Of a DNA stretch of 64,000 nucleotides, positions 17,066-25,470 are shown in pieces. Every line of letters starts with the position of its first letter. Position 1 is the first letter of the stretch. The notes beneath the pieces are model-generated. The model was not told where the DNA came from, did no database searches, and saw only the letters and a list, made by a program, of their open reading frames with translations. A program made the translations under genes and the position numbers. The DNA lies in the NCBI GenBank assembly GCA_963757605.1, contig CAVWSF010000005.1, positions 1,587,667 to 1,651,666 of the forward strand, given 5' to 3'. Origin of the DNA: an uncultured Actinomycetes bacterium (GTDB lineage: Bacteria > Actinomycetota > Thermoleophilia > Gaiellales > JAICJC01).

Positions 17066-18532
17066 ATGACACTACCCTCGATCACACGGCAAGACGGAGC
17101 GCGCAAGTGGCTCGCGCTGGCGGTGATCGTGGCGGCGCAGTTCATGGTCGTGCTCGACATCGCGATCGTGAACGTCGCGCTCCCCTCGATCAAGACTGAC
17201 CTGCACTTCGCAGAAGAGAACCTGCAGTGGGTGGTCAGCGCCTACGCCATCCTCTTCGGCGGCGCGCTGCTCCTCGGCGGCCGCCTGGGCGACATCTTCG
17301 GCCGGCGGCGGTTCTTCATCATCGGCCTCGCGCTCTTCACCGGCGCCTCGCTGCTCGGCGGCTTCGCATGGTCGGAAGGCTCGCTGATCGGCTTTCGCGC
17401 GCTTCAGGGGCTCGGCGGCGCGCTGCTCGCGCCGGCGACGCTCTCGATCCTCATGACGACCTTCGCCGAGGGTGCCGAGCGCAACCGCGCGCTCGGGATC
17501 TGGGGCGCGGCCTCGGGCAGCGGCGCTGCCGTGGGCGTGCTCCTCGGCGGCTTCCTCACGTCCTATCTCAGCTGGCCCTGGGTGTTCTTCATCAACGTGC
17601 CGGTCGGCCTCGCGGTGATCGCCGCGGCGCCGTTCGTCCTCGCCGAGAGCCGCGGCCAGCACGATCATCGCCACTTCGACGTCGCCGGCGCCGTCTCGGT
17701 CACCTCCGGCGTGATGCTGCTCGTCTACGCGATGACGCGCGCGACCCAGGACGGGTGGGGCAGCACGGCCACGATCTCGCTCCTCGCGGGGTCGGTCGCG
17801 CTGATCGCCGCGTTCCTCGTCATCGAGCTGCGCTCGCCGGCGCCGCTCCTGCCGCTTCGGATCTTCCGGCTGCGGTCGGTCGCGGCTGCGAACGCCGCCG
17901 CCGTCATGATCGGCGGCATCGCGTTCTCGCAGTTCTTCCTGCAGACGCTCTACATGCAGGATGTGCTCGGCTACTCCGCGATCCGCACGGGCGCGGGCTT
18001 CGCCACCATGGCGTTCACGATCATCGTCGTGTCGAACGTGGCTCAGCGGCTCGTCACCCGGGTGGGCCCCCGCCCGGTGCTGACCGTCGGGCTGCTTCTG
18101 GACTCGGTCTCACTGGCCCTGTTCACGCAGCTCCCGGTGGATGGGCACTACTTCTGGAACCTCTTCCCGGGGATGCTGATCGGCGGGATCGGGCTCGGGC
18201 TCTCGTTCGTGCCGATGACGATCGCCGGCCTCACCGGCGTCAGCCGGGCCGATGCGGGCATCGCCTCCGGGCTCATCAACACCAGCCGCCAGGTGGGCGG
18301 CGCGGTGGGCCTGGCCGCCGTCTCGACGATCGTGTCGTCCTACGCGGCGACCGGATCGCCGGCCGCGGTGAGCAACGGCCTCACAGACGGCTTCCAGGCG
18401 GGCTTCCTGGCGCTCGCCGGCGTCGCGCTCGCCGGCGCGGCGATCGCCGGCTTCATGCTCGCACCGCGGCCCGATCAGGCCGAGGTCGCGAGCGTTTCCC
18501 ATGACACCCGACCGCTCGAGGAGGCGGCTTGA
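17066..18532 (+). CDS. MFS efflux transporter, DHA2 (EmrB/QacA, 14-TMS) type
   Basis: 488 aa with 'FMVVLDIAIVNVALPSI', 'LQWVVSAYAILFGGALLLGGRLGDIFGRRR' and 'RALQGLGGALLAPATLSIL'. Confidence 0.85.
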   Translation: MTLPSITRQDGARKWLALAVIVAAQFMVVLDIAIVNVALPSIKTDLHFAEENLQWVVSAYAILFGGALLLGGRLGDIFGRRRFFIIGLALFTGASLLGGFAWSEGSLIGFRALQGLGGALLAPATLSILMTTFAEGAERNRALGIWGAASGSGAAVGVLLGGFLTSYLSWPWVFFINVPVGLAVIAAAPFVLAESRGQHDHRHFDVAGAVSVTSGVMLLVYAMTRATQDGWGSTATISLLAGSVALIAAFLVIELRSPAPLLPLRIFRLRSVAAANAAAVMIGGIAFSQFFLQTLYMQDVLGYSAIRTGAGFATMAFTIIVVSNVAQRLVTRVGPRPVLTVGLLLDSVSLALFTQLPVDGHYFWNLFPGMLIGGIGLGLSFVPMTIAGLTGVSRADAGIASGLINTSRQVGGAVGLAAVSTIVSSYAATGSPAAVSNGLTDGFQAGFLALAGVALAGAAIAGFMLAPRPDQAEVASVSHDTRPLEEAA

Positions 18533-18756
18533 TGAACCTGATGCACCTTCCCGGCTCCGGCGACCGCGACGTCCTGCTCGGACGCGAGGTCGACGACCTG
18601 CTCCTGCGCCTGCGCGGTCTCGTCCTCGTGCGCGACCTGCTCGCGCAGCGCGGCGCGACCGCCGCCGAGGTCGCCGAGCACGGCCGCGAGGCCGACCGCG
18701 TCCGGGCGCGGCTCGCGGCGCTGATCGGCGGCAGCGGGGAGGCGGAGGCGGCGTGA
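18529..18756 (+). CDS. small hypothetical protein (75 aa, helical, Arg/Leu/Asp-rich)
   Basis: Its ATG overlaps the MFS stop (ATGA, 18529-18532) and its TGA overlaps the SDR start (GTGA, 18753-18756). Third-position GC is near-uniformly high. Confidence 0.5.
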   Translation: MMNLMHLPGSGDRDVLLGREVDDLLLRLRGLVLVRDLLAQRGATAAEVAEHGREADRVRARLAALIGGSGEAEAA

Positions 18757-19580
18757 CGCCGACCGTGCTCGTGACCGGCGCGACGGACGGCCTGGGCAAG
18801 GCCGTCTCGGTCGAGCTGGCCCGAGCGGGGGCCACCGTCCTCGTCCACGGGCGCAGTCACGAGCGCGCCGAGGCGGCCGCAGCCGAGATCCGAACCGCCT
18901 CGGGAAACGGCCTTCTGCGGACCTGTGCGGGCGACCTCGCGTCGCTCGCACAGGTCCGTTCTCTGGCCGAGACCATCCTCGAGCGCGAGCCGCGGCTCGA
19001 CGTGCTCGTGAACAACGCCGGCATCGGGACGGCCGAGCCCGGCGGCGGCGAGCGGGTCGAGAGCGCCGACGGCCACGAGCTGCGATTCGCCGTCAACTAC
19101 CTCGCGCCGTTCCTCCTCACCGGGCTGCTCGAGCCGCTGCTTCTGGCATCGGCGCCCGCCAGGGTCGTGAACGTCGCCTCCGCCGGCCAGGCGCCGGTCG
19201 ACTTCGACGACGTCATGCTCGAGGAGGGCTACGACGGCAGCCGGGCCTACAGCCAGAGCAAGCTCGCGATGGTGGCGTGGACGTTCGACCTGGCCGAGCG
19301 GCTGGACGGGGCCGGCGTGACGGCGACCGCACTTCACCCCGGCACGTACATGCCGACCAAGATGGTGCTTGCCGCCGGGGTCGAGCCCTTCGACTCGCTC
19401 GAGTCCGGCGTCCGGGCGACGCTGCGGCTGATCGCCGACCCGGAGCTCGAGGCCGTCACCGGCCGCTACTACGACCGGCTGGAGGAGGCCAGTGCCCGGC
19501 CGCAGGCCTACGACCCCGGCGCCCGCCGGCGGCTGCGCGAGCTGAGCGAACGGCTGGTCGGCCTCACCCCTGCGCGGTAG
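18753..19580 (+). CDS. short-chain dehydrogenase/reductase (SDR)
   Basis: 'VLVTGATDGLGKAV' (TGxxxGxG), 'NNAG' and 'YSQSKLA' (YxxxK) are present. Start is GTG 18753, in frame with ORF 18501..19580. Confidence 0.85.
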   Translation: MTPTVLVTGATDGLGKAVSVELARAGATVLVHGRSHERAEAAAAEIRTASGNGLLRTCAGDLASLAQVRSLAETILEREPRLDVLVNNAGIGTAEPGGGERVESADGHELRFAVNYLAPFLLTGLLEPLLLASAPARVVNVASAGQAPVDFDDVMLEEGYDGSRAYSQSKLAMVAWTFDLAERLDGAGVTATALHPGTYMPTKMVLAAGVEPFDSLESGVRATLRLIADPELEAVTGRYYDRLEEASARPQAYDPGARRRLRELSERLVGLTPAR

Positions 19581-19593
19581 CGTCCCGCGGGAA

Positions 19594-20226
19594 ATGAGGC
19601 TGCGCTCGCGGTTCGCCCCCGGGTACGAGGTCTGGGGCCGGTTTCACCTCTACGGCCCGCTCGTGGCGCTGAGCGTCGGGCCAAGTGGCGCCCGCCTGCG
19701 GCACACCGCGGTCGGGAAGCTCGACCTGCGGCCGGGCGGGTCGGTGCTCGACGTCTGCACCGGCACCGGGCTCACCCTCCCGTACCTCGCGGCCGCTGTG
19801 GGACGGGACGGCCGCGTCGCCGGCCTCGACCGCTCGCCCGCGATGCTGGCCGGGGCGGCCGACCGCGCGCCCGCGCCGCCGCTCGAGCTGGTCGAGGGCG
19901 ACGCGACCCGGCTGCCCTTCCCGGATTCCGCCTTCGACGCCGCGATCTCGACCTACGGCCTGACGGCGGTCGCCGACGTGGACGCGGTGCTCGACGAGAT
20001 GGTGCGGGTCGTGCGGCCGGGCGGCCGCCTGGCGGTGGCCGACGTCCACTTCGTGAACTGGCCCGCGCCGGCGGCGTTGAACCGCGCGGTGACCGCCGCC
20101 CTGCGGCCGTTCAACACCTGGTACACCGACCGCGACTTCCCGGCGCTCCTTCGCGCCCGCGGCCTGCGCGTCACTTCGGTGCCCACGCACCGAGCCGCGC
20201 TCAGCCTGACCGTCGCCGAGCGGTGA
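19594..20226 (+). CDS. class I SAM-dependent methyltransferase
   Basis: '[10 protein letters not shown]' (motif I), 'GLDRSPAML' and '[11 protein letters not shown]' are present. 210 aa. Confidence 0.8.
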   Translation: MRLRSRFAPGYEVWGRFHLYGPLVALSVGPSGARLRHTAVGKLDLRPGGSVLDVCTGTGLTLPYLAAAVGRDGRVAGLDRSPAMLAGAADRAPAPPLELVEGDATRLPFPDSAFDAAISTYGLTAVADVDAVLDEMVRVVRPGGRLAVADVHFVNWPAPAALNRAVTAALRPFNTWYTDRDFPALLRARGLRVTSVPTHRAALSLTVAER

Positions 20227-20315
20227 TCCTGCTACGATGTCAGCGTCAAGAACGCTTGTTCGGTTGCGCATACCGCTCTTCCTTACTCGTTCATTCAGGT
20301 GTGGGGGAGGTGTTT

Positions 20316-20522
20316 ATGTCAACTGGAACTGTGAAGTGGTTCAACGACGCGAAGGGCTACGGCTTCATCGCGCCGGACGAGGGGTCGAAGGATCTCTTTG
20401 TCCATCACTCCTCGATCGCCGGCGACGGGTTCAAGTCGCTCGTCGAAGGCTCGAAGGTCGAGTACGAGAGCCGTGAGGGCGCCAAGGGCCCCGAGGCTAC
20501 GAACGTCGTCCCGGTCTCGTAG
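20316..20522 (+). CDS. cspA: cold-shock protein (CspA family)
   Basis: '[15 protein letters not shown]' (RNP1) and 'DLFVHHSSI' (RNP2) are present. ATG 20316 is preceded by GGGGGAGG. 68 aa. Confidence 0.95.
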   Translation: MSTGTVKWFNDAKGYGFIAPDEGSKDLFVHHSSIAGDGFKSLVEGSKVEYESREGAKGPEATNVVPVS

Positions 20523-20621
20523 GTGGTAGGCGGCGCGGCCGTGTGAGGAGCCCTTCGCGCGGCCGACCGCCACTCGTTCGAGGACGCGGTTGCCCGGCCA
20601 AGCGCAGCGAAAGAGGAGCGA

Positions 20622-20912
20622 ATGGGCACGAGCCCCGAACACGATCGCAGTCCCGCCGCGGGGGGCGGGGCACCGGCGCGGGCCTCCAACAGCGGCGTCC
20701 GCACGGAGTACGACCTCCGCATGCAGCTGCGTCAGGCGCTCGAGCGGAACACGACCCTCGAGCGCGCGATGCGTGAGTCGGTGGCATACGCCTACGGACC
20801 GCGCGAACTGTCGGATCTCCGAAAGCTGCGGGCCGTCCTGTCTGCCGCAGGGTTCCGTGATCCGAAGGCCGAGCGAGGCGGCGATCCCGACAACGCGAAG
20901 GAGCGCGACTGA
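20622..20912 (+). CDS. hypothetical protein (96 aa)
   Basis: A good SD (AGAGGAG) lies 5 nt upstream of ATG 20622. The composition looks coding, and the stop overlaps the next start (TGATG). No family was recognised. Confidence 0.5.
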   Translation: MGTSPEHDRSPAAGGGAPARASNSGVRTEYDLRMQLRQALERNTTLERAMRESVAYAYGPRELSDLRKLRAVLSAAGFRDPKAERGGDPDNAKERD

Positions 20913-21148
20913 TGGAGTTCACTGTCGAACTGCGCTACAGCAGCGGCTCGTCGACCGTGATGTCGACTGAAGCCGACACTGCGGATGAGGCGCTGCACAA
21001 TGTCCGCGACGAGCGTCGTCCGCTCGTCGGCATCCACATCACCGCACCGAACCTGAACGGCGAGGACGCCCCGCGGGAGCCGCGTGAGTCCACACCCACG
21101 TTCCGCCGGGCACAGGTGCAGCACCGCCCGTCCCGCCGCCGCCGGTAA
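20912..21148 (+). CDS. hypothetical protein (78 aa, basic C-terminal tail)
   Basis: An AAGGAG SD lies 8 nt upstream. It is translationally coupled to 20622..20912. No family was recognised. Confidence 0.45.
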   Translation: MEFTVELRYSSGSSTVMSTEADTADEALHNVRDERRPLVGIHITAPNLNGEDAPREPRESTPTFRRAQVQHRPSRRRR

Positions 21149-21182
21149 GCGGGGCGCGGACACCGCCTGACGCCAACCGCCC

Positions 21183-22145
21183 GTGGCGTGGGGCAAGATA
21201 GCCACCTCGGTGCCGGACCTTCAGCTCTCGAACCTCCCGCGCAAGGCGATCCTGGCCACCGCGACGCATCGCGCACCGCGCGCGTTCATGGACCGCTACG
21301 GCATGCGCCTCGGCGCGGCCCGGTTCGTGGCCGGCGAGACGCTTGACGAGTGCCTCGACGTGCTCGCCGCCCTGAACGAGGACGGCCTCCATGCCAACAC
21401 GACGCTCCTCGGCGAGGACGTCGAGTCGCGCGCGGAGGCCGAGCAGGTGCGAGCCGAGTTCGCCACGGTGCTCGACCGCATCGGCGAGCGGGAGCTGCGC
21501 GCCAACCTGGCCGTCAAGCTGACCCACCTCGGGCTGCTGATCGACGAGGAGCTCGCGTACGCGAGCCTCGCAGCGCTCGTCGACCACGCGGCCGAGCGGG
21601 GGAATTTCGTCCGCATCGACATGGAGCACTCGAGCGTCGTCGAGGCGACGCTGCGCATCTACCGCAGGCTGCGGGAGAGCGACCGCGCCAACGTGGGCTG
21701 CGTGCTCCAGGCCTACCTCTATCGCACGCCGGAGGACCTCGAGCAGCTCCTGCCGCTCGAGCCGAACCTCCGCCTCGTGAAGGGGGCGTACCTCGAGGCG
21801 GCCGAGATCGCCTTCCCCAAGAAGGCCGACGTCGACGCCGCCTACCGCCGGCTGCTCGAGCAGGCCCTCCAGGGCGGGGCCTACCTCGCCGTGGCAACGC
21901 ACGACGAGACGCTGATCGACCACACGATCCGGTTCACCGACGCGCACGGGATCGGCCGCGACCGGTTCGAGTTCCAGATGCTCTACGGGGTGCGCCCGCA
22001 GCTCCAGCGCGACCTGGCCGCCCGCGGGTTCAAGGTGCTCGTGGCGACGCCGTACGGGCCCGAGTGGTACCCGTATCTCATGCGCCGCCTGGCGGAGAGG
22101 CCCGCGAACCTGCTCTTCCTGATGCGGAACCTCTTCGCCAGGTAG
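21183..22145 (+). CDS. proline dehydrogenase (monofunctional PRODH)
   Basis: 'RFVAGETLDE', 'VKLTHLG', 'FVRIDMEHS', 'GCVLQAYLYRT', 'LRLVKGAY', 'ATHDE' and 'FEFQMLYGV' are present. GTG start; 320 aa. Confidence 0.85.
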   Translation: MAWGKIATSVPDLQLSNLPRKAILATATHRAPRAFMDRYGMRLGAARFVAGETLDECLDVLAALNEDGLHANTTLLGEDVESRAEAEQVRAEFATVLDRIGERELRANLAVKLTHLGLLIDEELAYASLAALVDHAAERGNFVRIDMEHSSVVEATLRIYRRLRESDRANVGCVLQAYLYRTPEDLEQLLPLEPNLRLVKGAYLEAAEIAFPKKADVDAAYRRLLEQALQGGAYLAVATHDETLIDHTIRFTDAHGIGRDRFEFQMLYGVRPQLQRDLAARGFKVLVATPYGPEWYPYLMRRLAERPANLLFLMRNLFAR

Positions 22146-22159
22146 CGCGAACGGGTCAT

Positions 22160-22570
22160 CTAGGCCCAGAAGGCGGTGACGACCGGCGGATCGCCGACGT
22201 ACTGGTCGACGGCCGCGACACGGTCGCCCTCGACCCGGAAGAGCAGGATCTGCTGATCGTCGAACGTCCTGCCGTCGGGGCGGGTGGCGCTCACCCGGAC
22301 GCGGACGGCGACGTTCCCCTGGCCATCGCTCATCATCCCGAGCGGCTCGGCGCGCAGAGTGCCGGCGGTCAGCTGCGCCGACTCGCCGATGAACGCCATG
22401 ATCGCGTCGATGCCCTCGTGGATGCCGCCGAGGCGGTCGGGGTTGCGATGGTTCCACGTCGCGTCCGGCGCGAACATGCCGGCGAAGCCCGCGACGTCGC
22501 CGTTCGCGAAGGCCTGGAAGCCGGCGCCGACGACGGCGGCATCGGAGGCAGTGGTGGTCTCAGTGGTCAT
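22160..22570 (-). CDS. SnoaL/NTF2-like fold protein
   Basis: The 136-aa C-terminal part of ORF 22160..24220 starts at ATG 22570. 'GFQAFANGDVAGFAGMFAPDATWNH' is typical of SnoaL-like polyketide cyclase/NTF2 proteins. Confidence 0.75.
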   Translation of the reverse strand: MTTETTTASDAAVVGAGFQAFANGDVAGFAGMFAPDATWNHRNPDRLGGIHEGIDAIMAFIGESAQLTAGTLRAEPLGMMSDGQGNVAVRVRVSATRPDGRTFDDQQILLFRVEGDRVAAVDQYVGDPPVVTAFWA

Positions 22571-22635
22571 GCTGGCTCCTTCGATCGGGTACGGCCCCAC
22601 GGTATGAGGCACGCCGCGACGGAGCCATCGACCGT

Positions 22636-24168
22636 TCAGTCGATCTTGGTCCCGAGAGGGGCGAGCCCGTGCTGCATTGCGAACATCGCCAGGCCGGCCC
22701 GGGTCGAGACCTCGCACTTGCCGTAGATGTGGACGGTGTGGGTGTGCACGGTCGACTGCGAGATCACGAGCTCGGCGGCGATCTCGCGCTTCGTCCGGCC
22801 CGCGACCAGCCGGCGCAGGACCTCCAGCTCGCGCTCGGTGAGCGCGGCCGGGAGCGGCGGCAGCTCGGGCGGCGGTGCGCCGGCGGCATCGAGCACCGCC
22901 CTGATCGCGTCGCGGTCGAGCTGGAGGCCGGAGAGCACCTTCGCAGCCTCGGGGAGCTCGAGCGCCGGCCGGTGCGGTCGGGCCTCGCCGAGCGCGTGGA
23001 GCACGTCGGCGGCGGCGAGCAGGCAGGCGGGGGGGTCGAGCTCGGCGGCGCGGATTCCGGCCGGGTAGCCGGAGCCGTCCACCCGCTCGTGGTGGCGGCT
23101 CGCGACGGGCCCGAGCGGCGCGAGCACCGGGGAGCGGTCGAGGATCCGGCCCGACTGGTACGGGTGCAGGCGCACGAGCTCCCACTCCTCCGGCCGCAGC
23201 GGGCCCGGCCGCTCCCAGATGCCCGTCGGGACGGCGACCCGGCCGAGGTCGTGGAGCAGCCCGGCGCGGTGGACGAGCTCTGCGTCCATGCCCGGCAGCC
23301 GCTCCGCCGCGGCGCGGGCGAGCTGGGCGACGCCGCGGGAGTGGCCCTGGAACCAGGGCGTCTTCAGGTCGGCCGCGTCGCCGAACCCGGCCAGCGCCTC
23401 GTCGAAGGCGGCGTCGTCGCGGAACGTGCGGCCGGAGCCGGGCTCGGCGGCGACGACGGCGGCCCACAGGTCGTCGGGCTCCGAGAGCTCCAGGAGCTCG
23501 TCGGGGGCGTCGGCGTAGATCGCCGCGATGGCCGGGTCGAGCGCCCGCCCCGACCAGCGGGCGACCATCTCGGCCGCGGCGCCGGCACCGCCCACCGCGT
23601 CGAACATGACGGCCGTGTAGGCGGCGGCGGCATACCGGGCCGCCTCGGCGACATCCTCGCCGGCCTTCCCCTCCGGTGCCCCCTTGCCGTCGAAGCGCTC
23701 GAACCCGTCGAGCACCGCCCGGCCCACGGCGGCGGGCAGGTTCAGGCGCCGGGTGAGATCGGCGCCCACCTCGCAGTCGGCCCGCGCCCCGGCGGCGATG
23801 AACTTGGGCATGCTCGGCATCCGGCCGAGGATCCGCAGGCGCTCGGCGCCGTGCCCGAGGCCGGCGAGGAGCCGCAGCGCCTCCGTTGGCCGCGCTCCGT
23901 CGATGAGGTCGCCACGGGAACGCACCGTCACGTCGTCGCCGCCGAGCGCCGCCGCCATCTCGTGCGAGGTGGCGGCACAGCCCGCGTAGCGCATGAGGGC
24001 CGTGTAGTAGACGTCGCAGTGCCGGGGCTCGTCGAGGCCGGCGCGGCGGCCGAGCTCCGTCGCGAGCAGGCAGGCGCGCATGGCCTCCCCGGGCGGATGC
24101 CCCCGGGCGAGGTCGCTCGTCACGGAGAGGGCCGCGACGACGCCGGCGATGCGGATCGGCTCTGGCAC
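22636..24168 (-). CDS. HD-GYP-type phosphohydrolase domain protein with C-terminal LuxR-type HTH (plus N-terminal degenerate HD-like domain)
   Basis: 'AGLLHDLGRVAVP', 'LVRLHPYQSGRIL' and 'HHERVDGSGYPAG' give the HD-GYP signature. The C-terminus has 'LTERELEVLRRLVAGRTKREIAAELVISQSTVHTHTVHIYGK' (LuxR HTH). Confidence 0.8.
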   Translation of the reverse strand: MPEPIRIAGVVAALSVTSDLARGHPPGEAMRACLLATELGRRAGLDEPRHCDVYYTALMRYAGCAATSHEMAAALGGDDVTVRSRGDLIDGARPTEALRLLAGLGHGAERLRILGRMPSMPKFIAAGARADCEVGADLTRRLNLPAAVGRAVLDGFERFDGKGAPEGKAGEDVAEAARYAAAAYTAVMFDAVGGAGAAAEMVARWSGRALDPAIAAIYADAPDELLELSEPDDLWAAVVAAEPGSGRTFRDDAAFDEALAGFGDAADLKTPWFQGHSRGVAQLARAAAERLPGMDAELVHRAGLLHDLGRVAVPTGIWERPGPLRPEEWELVRLHPYQSGRILDRSPVLAPLGPVASRHHERVDGSGYPAGIRAAELDPPACLLAAADVLHALGEARPHRPALELPEAAKVLSGLQLDRDAIRAVLDAAGAPPPELPPLPAALTERELEVLRRLVAGRTKREIAAELVISQSTVHTHTVHIYGKCEVSTRAGLAMFAMQHGLAPLGTKID

Positions 24169-24216
24169 GGCGCAAGTCTACGAGGCGCTGCGACCGATCC
24201 CGGGAGTCGCAGTGGA

Positions 24217-25452
24217 TCACGCGCGGCCCCGCTCGCCCCGGCCGACGATCGCCGCCGTGAGCCAGGGGAACACGAGCACGGAGATCATGCCGGCGGCGAT
24301 GAGCGATGCGCCGACGCCGCCTGAGATCCCGCCGCGCTCGATGCCGATGCCGACGATGGCGACCACCAGCGGGAGGCCCGTGGCCCCGCAGAGCGCCAGG
24401 CCGACAAGCTCACGGGCATCCAGCCGCCCGCGCCAGAGCGCGACTGCGGGAAGATGGAGCAGCACGAGGAGGGCGAGGAACCCGGCGCTCAGCCCGAGGC
24501 CCGACGGTGTGAGCAGGGAGTCGAGGTCGAAGCTCATCCCCGTCTGGACGAAGTAGATCGGGATCAGGAGGCCGAAGCCGATCCCCTCCAGCCGCACCCG
24601 CACCGTGTGGCCCTCGGGCGAGTCGAGCGCGAGGCCGATGACCAGGCCGGCCGCAAACGCTCCGAGGACGAAGTCGAAGCCGGCATGCGTGGCGAGGAGC
24701 ACGAGCAGCGCCAGGACGAAGAGCGACGCCCGCACGGCGGCCTGCCCGCTGGTATTCACGGTCTCCTGAAGGACGCGGACCACCGCCGGCGGGCGCGCGC
24801 TCAGAACGACGATCGCCGCGAGGAGCACGACCACGCCGAACAGCAGCAGGAGCACGACCTCCTCCCAGGCCCCGTACGCGCCGGTCAGGAAGATCGAGAT
24901 GACGACGACGGGCCAGAACTCGCCCGCCATCCCAACGCCGAGGATCGCGGAGCCGAGCCGGGTGGGGAGCAGCTCGGCGTCGGACAGGATGGGCACGAGC
25001 ATGCCGAGCGCCGTTGTCGAGAGCGCGACGCCCAAGAGCCACCAGCGGGCGTCGAGCCCGGCCTGCTCGAGGGCCCAGCCGGCGGCGAGCGACAGCGCGA
25101 GGCACATCAGCCATGCGGCCGTCCCGACCCCCATCAGCTCTCGCGAGACGCGGACCTGGATCACCTCGATCCCGGCGACGAAGAAGAGGAACCCGAGCCC
25201 GAAGTCCGAGAAGACCGTCACGTAGGCGTTCACGTCGGCGAGGTCGAGCACCGGCGGCCCGATGACCATCCCGAGCACGATCTCGACGACGACGGTCGGA
25301 AGCACGACCCGGTAGTGCAGCCGTGCGAGCACGGCCGCCATCATGGACGCGAAGAGGACGAACACGAGCGAGCGCAGGTCTGATCGCGACACCGCCGCCG
25401 CGAGCACGCTTGCGCCGGGCGAGCCGATCGCGACCAGAGGCGCCGGTTCCAT
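24217..25452 (-). CDS. cation:proton antiporter (CPA1/CPA2, Na+/H+ exchanger family)
   Basis: 411 aa, entirely hydrophobic. 'VVEIVLGMVIGPPVL' and 'FGLGFLFFVAGIE' are typical of Kef/NapA-type exchangers. Confidence 0.85.
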   Translation of the reverse strand: MEPAPLVAIGSPGASVLAAAVSRSDLRSLVFVLFASMMAAVLARLHYRVVLPTVVVEIVLGMVIGPPVLDLADVNAYVTVFSDFGLGFLFFVAGIEVIQVRVSRELMGVGTAAWLMCLALSLAAGWALEQAGLDARWWLLGVALSTTALGMLVPILSDAELLPTRLGSAILGVGMAGEFWPVVVISIFLTGAYGAWEEVVLLLLFGVVVLLAAIVVLSARPPAVVRVLQETVNTSGQAAVRASLFVLALLVLLATHAGFDFVLGAFAAGLVIGLALDSPEGHTVRVRLEGIGFGLLIPIYFVQTGMSFDLDSLLTPSGLGLSAGFLALLVLLHLPAVALWRGRLDARELVGLALCGATGLPLVVAIVGIGIERGGISGGVGASLIAAGMISVLVFPWLTAAIVGRGERGRA

Positions 25453-25470
25453 GGGCCCGGGAGGCGACGC

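Noticed and set aside
22160-24220. The 686-aa minus-strand ORF taken as a single protein.
   Set aside because: Only the C-terminal 136 codons (SnoaL-like) are coding in this frame. The rest is a shadow of the HD-GYP-LuxR gene, which uses another frame (22636..24168).
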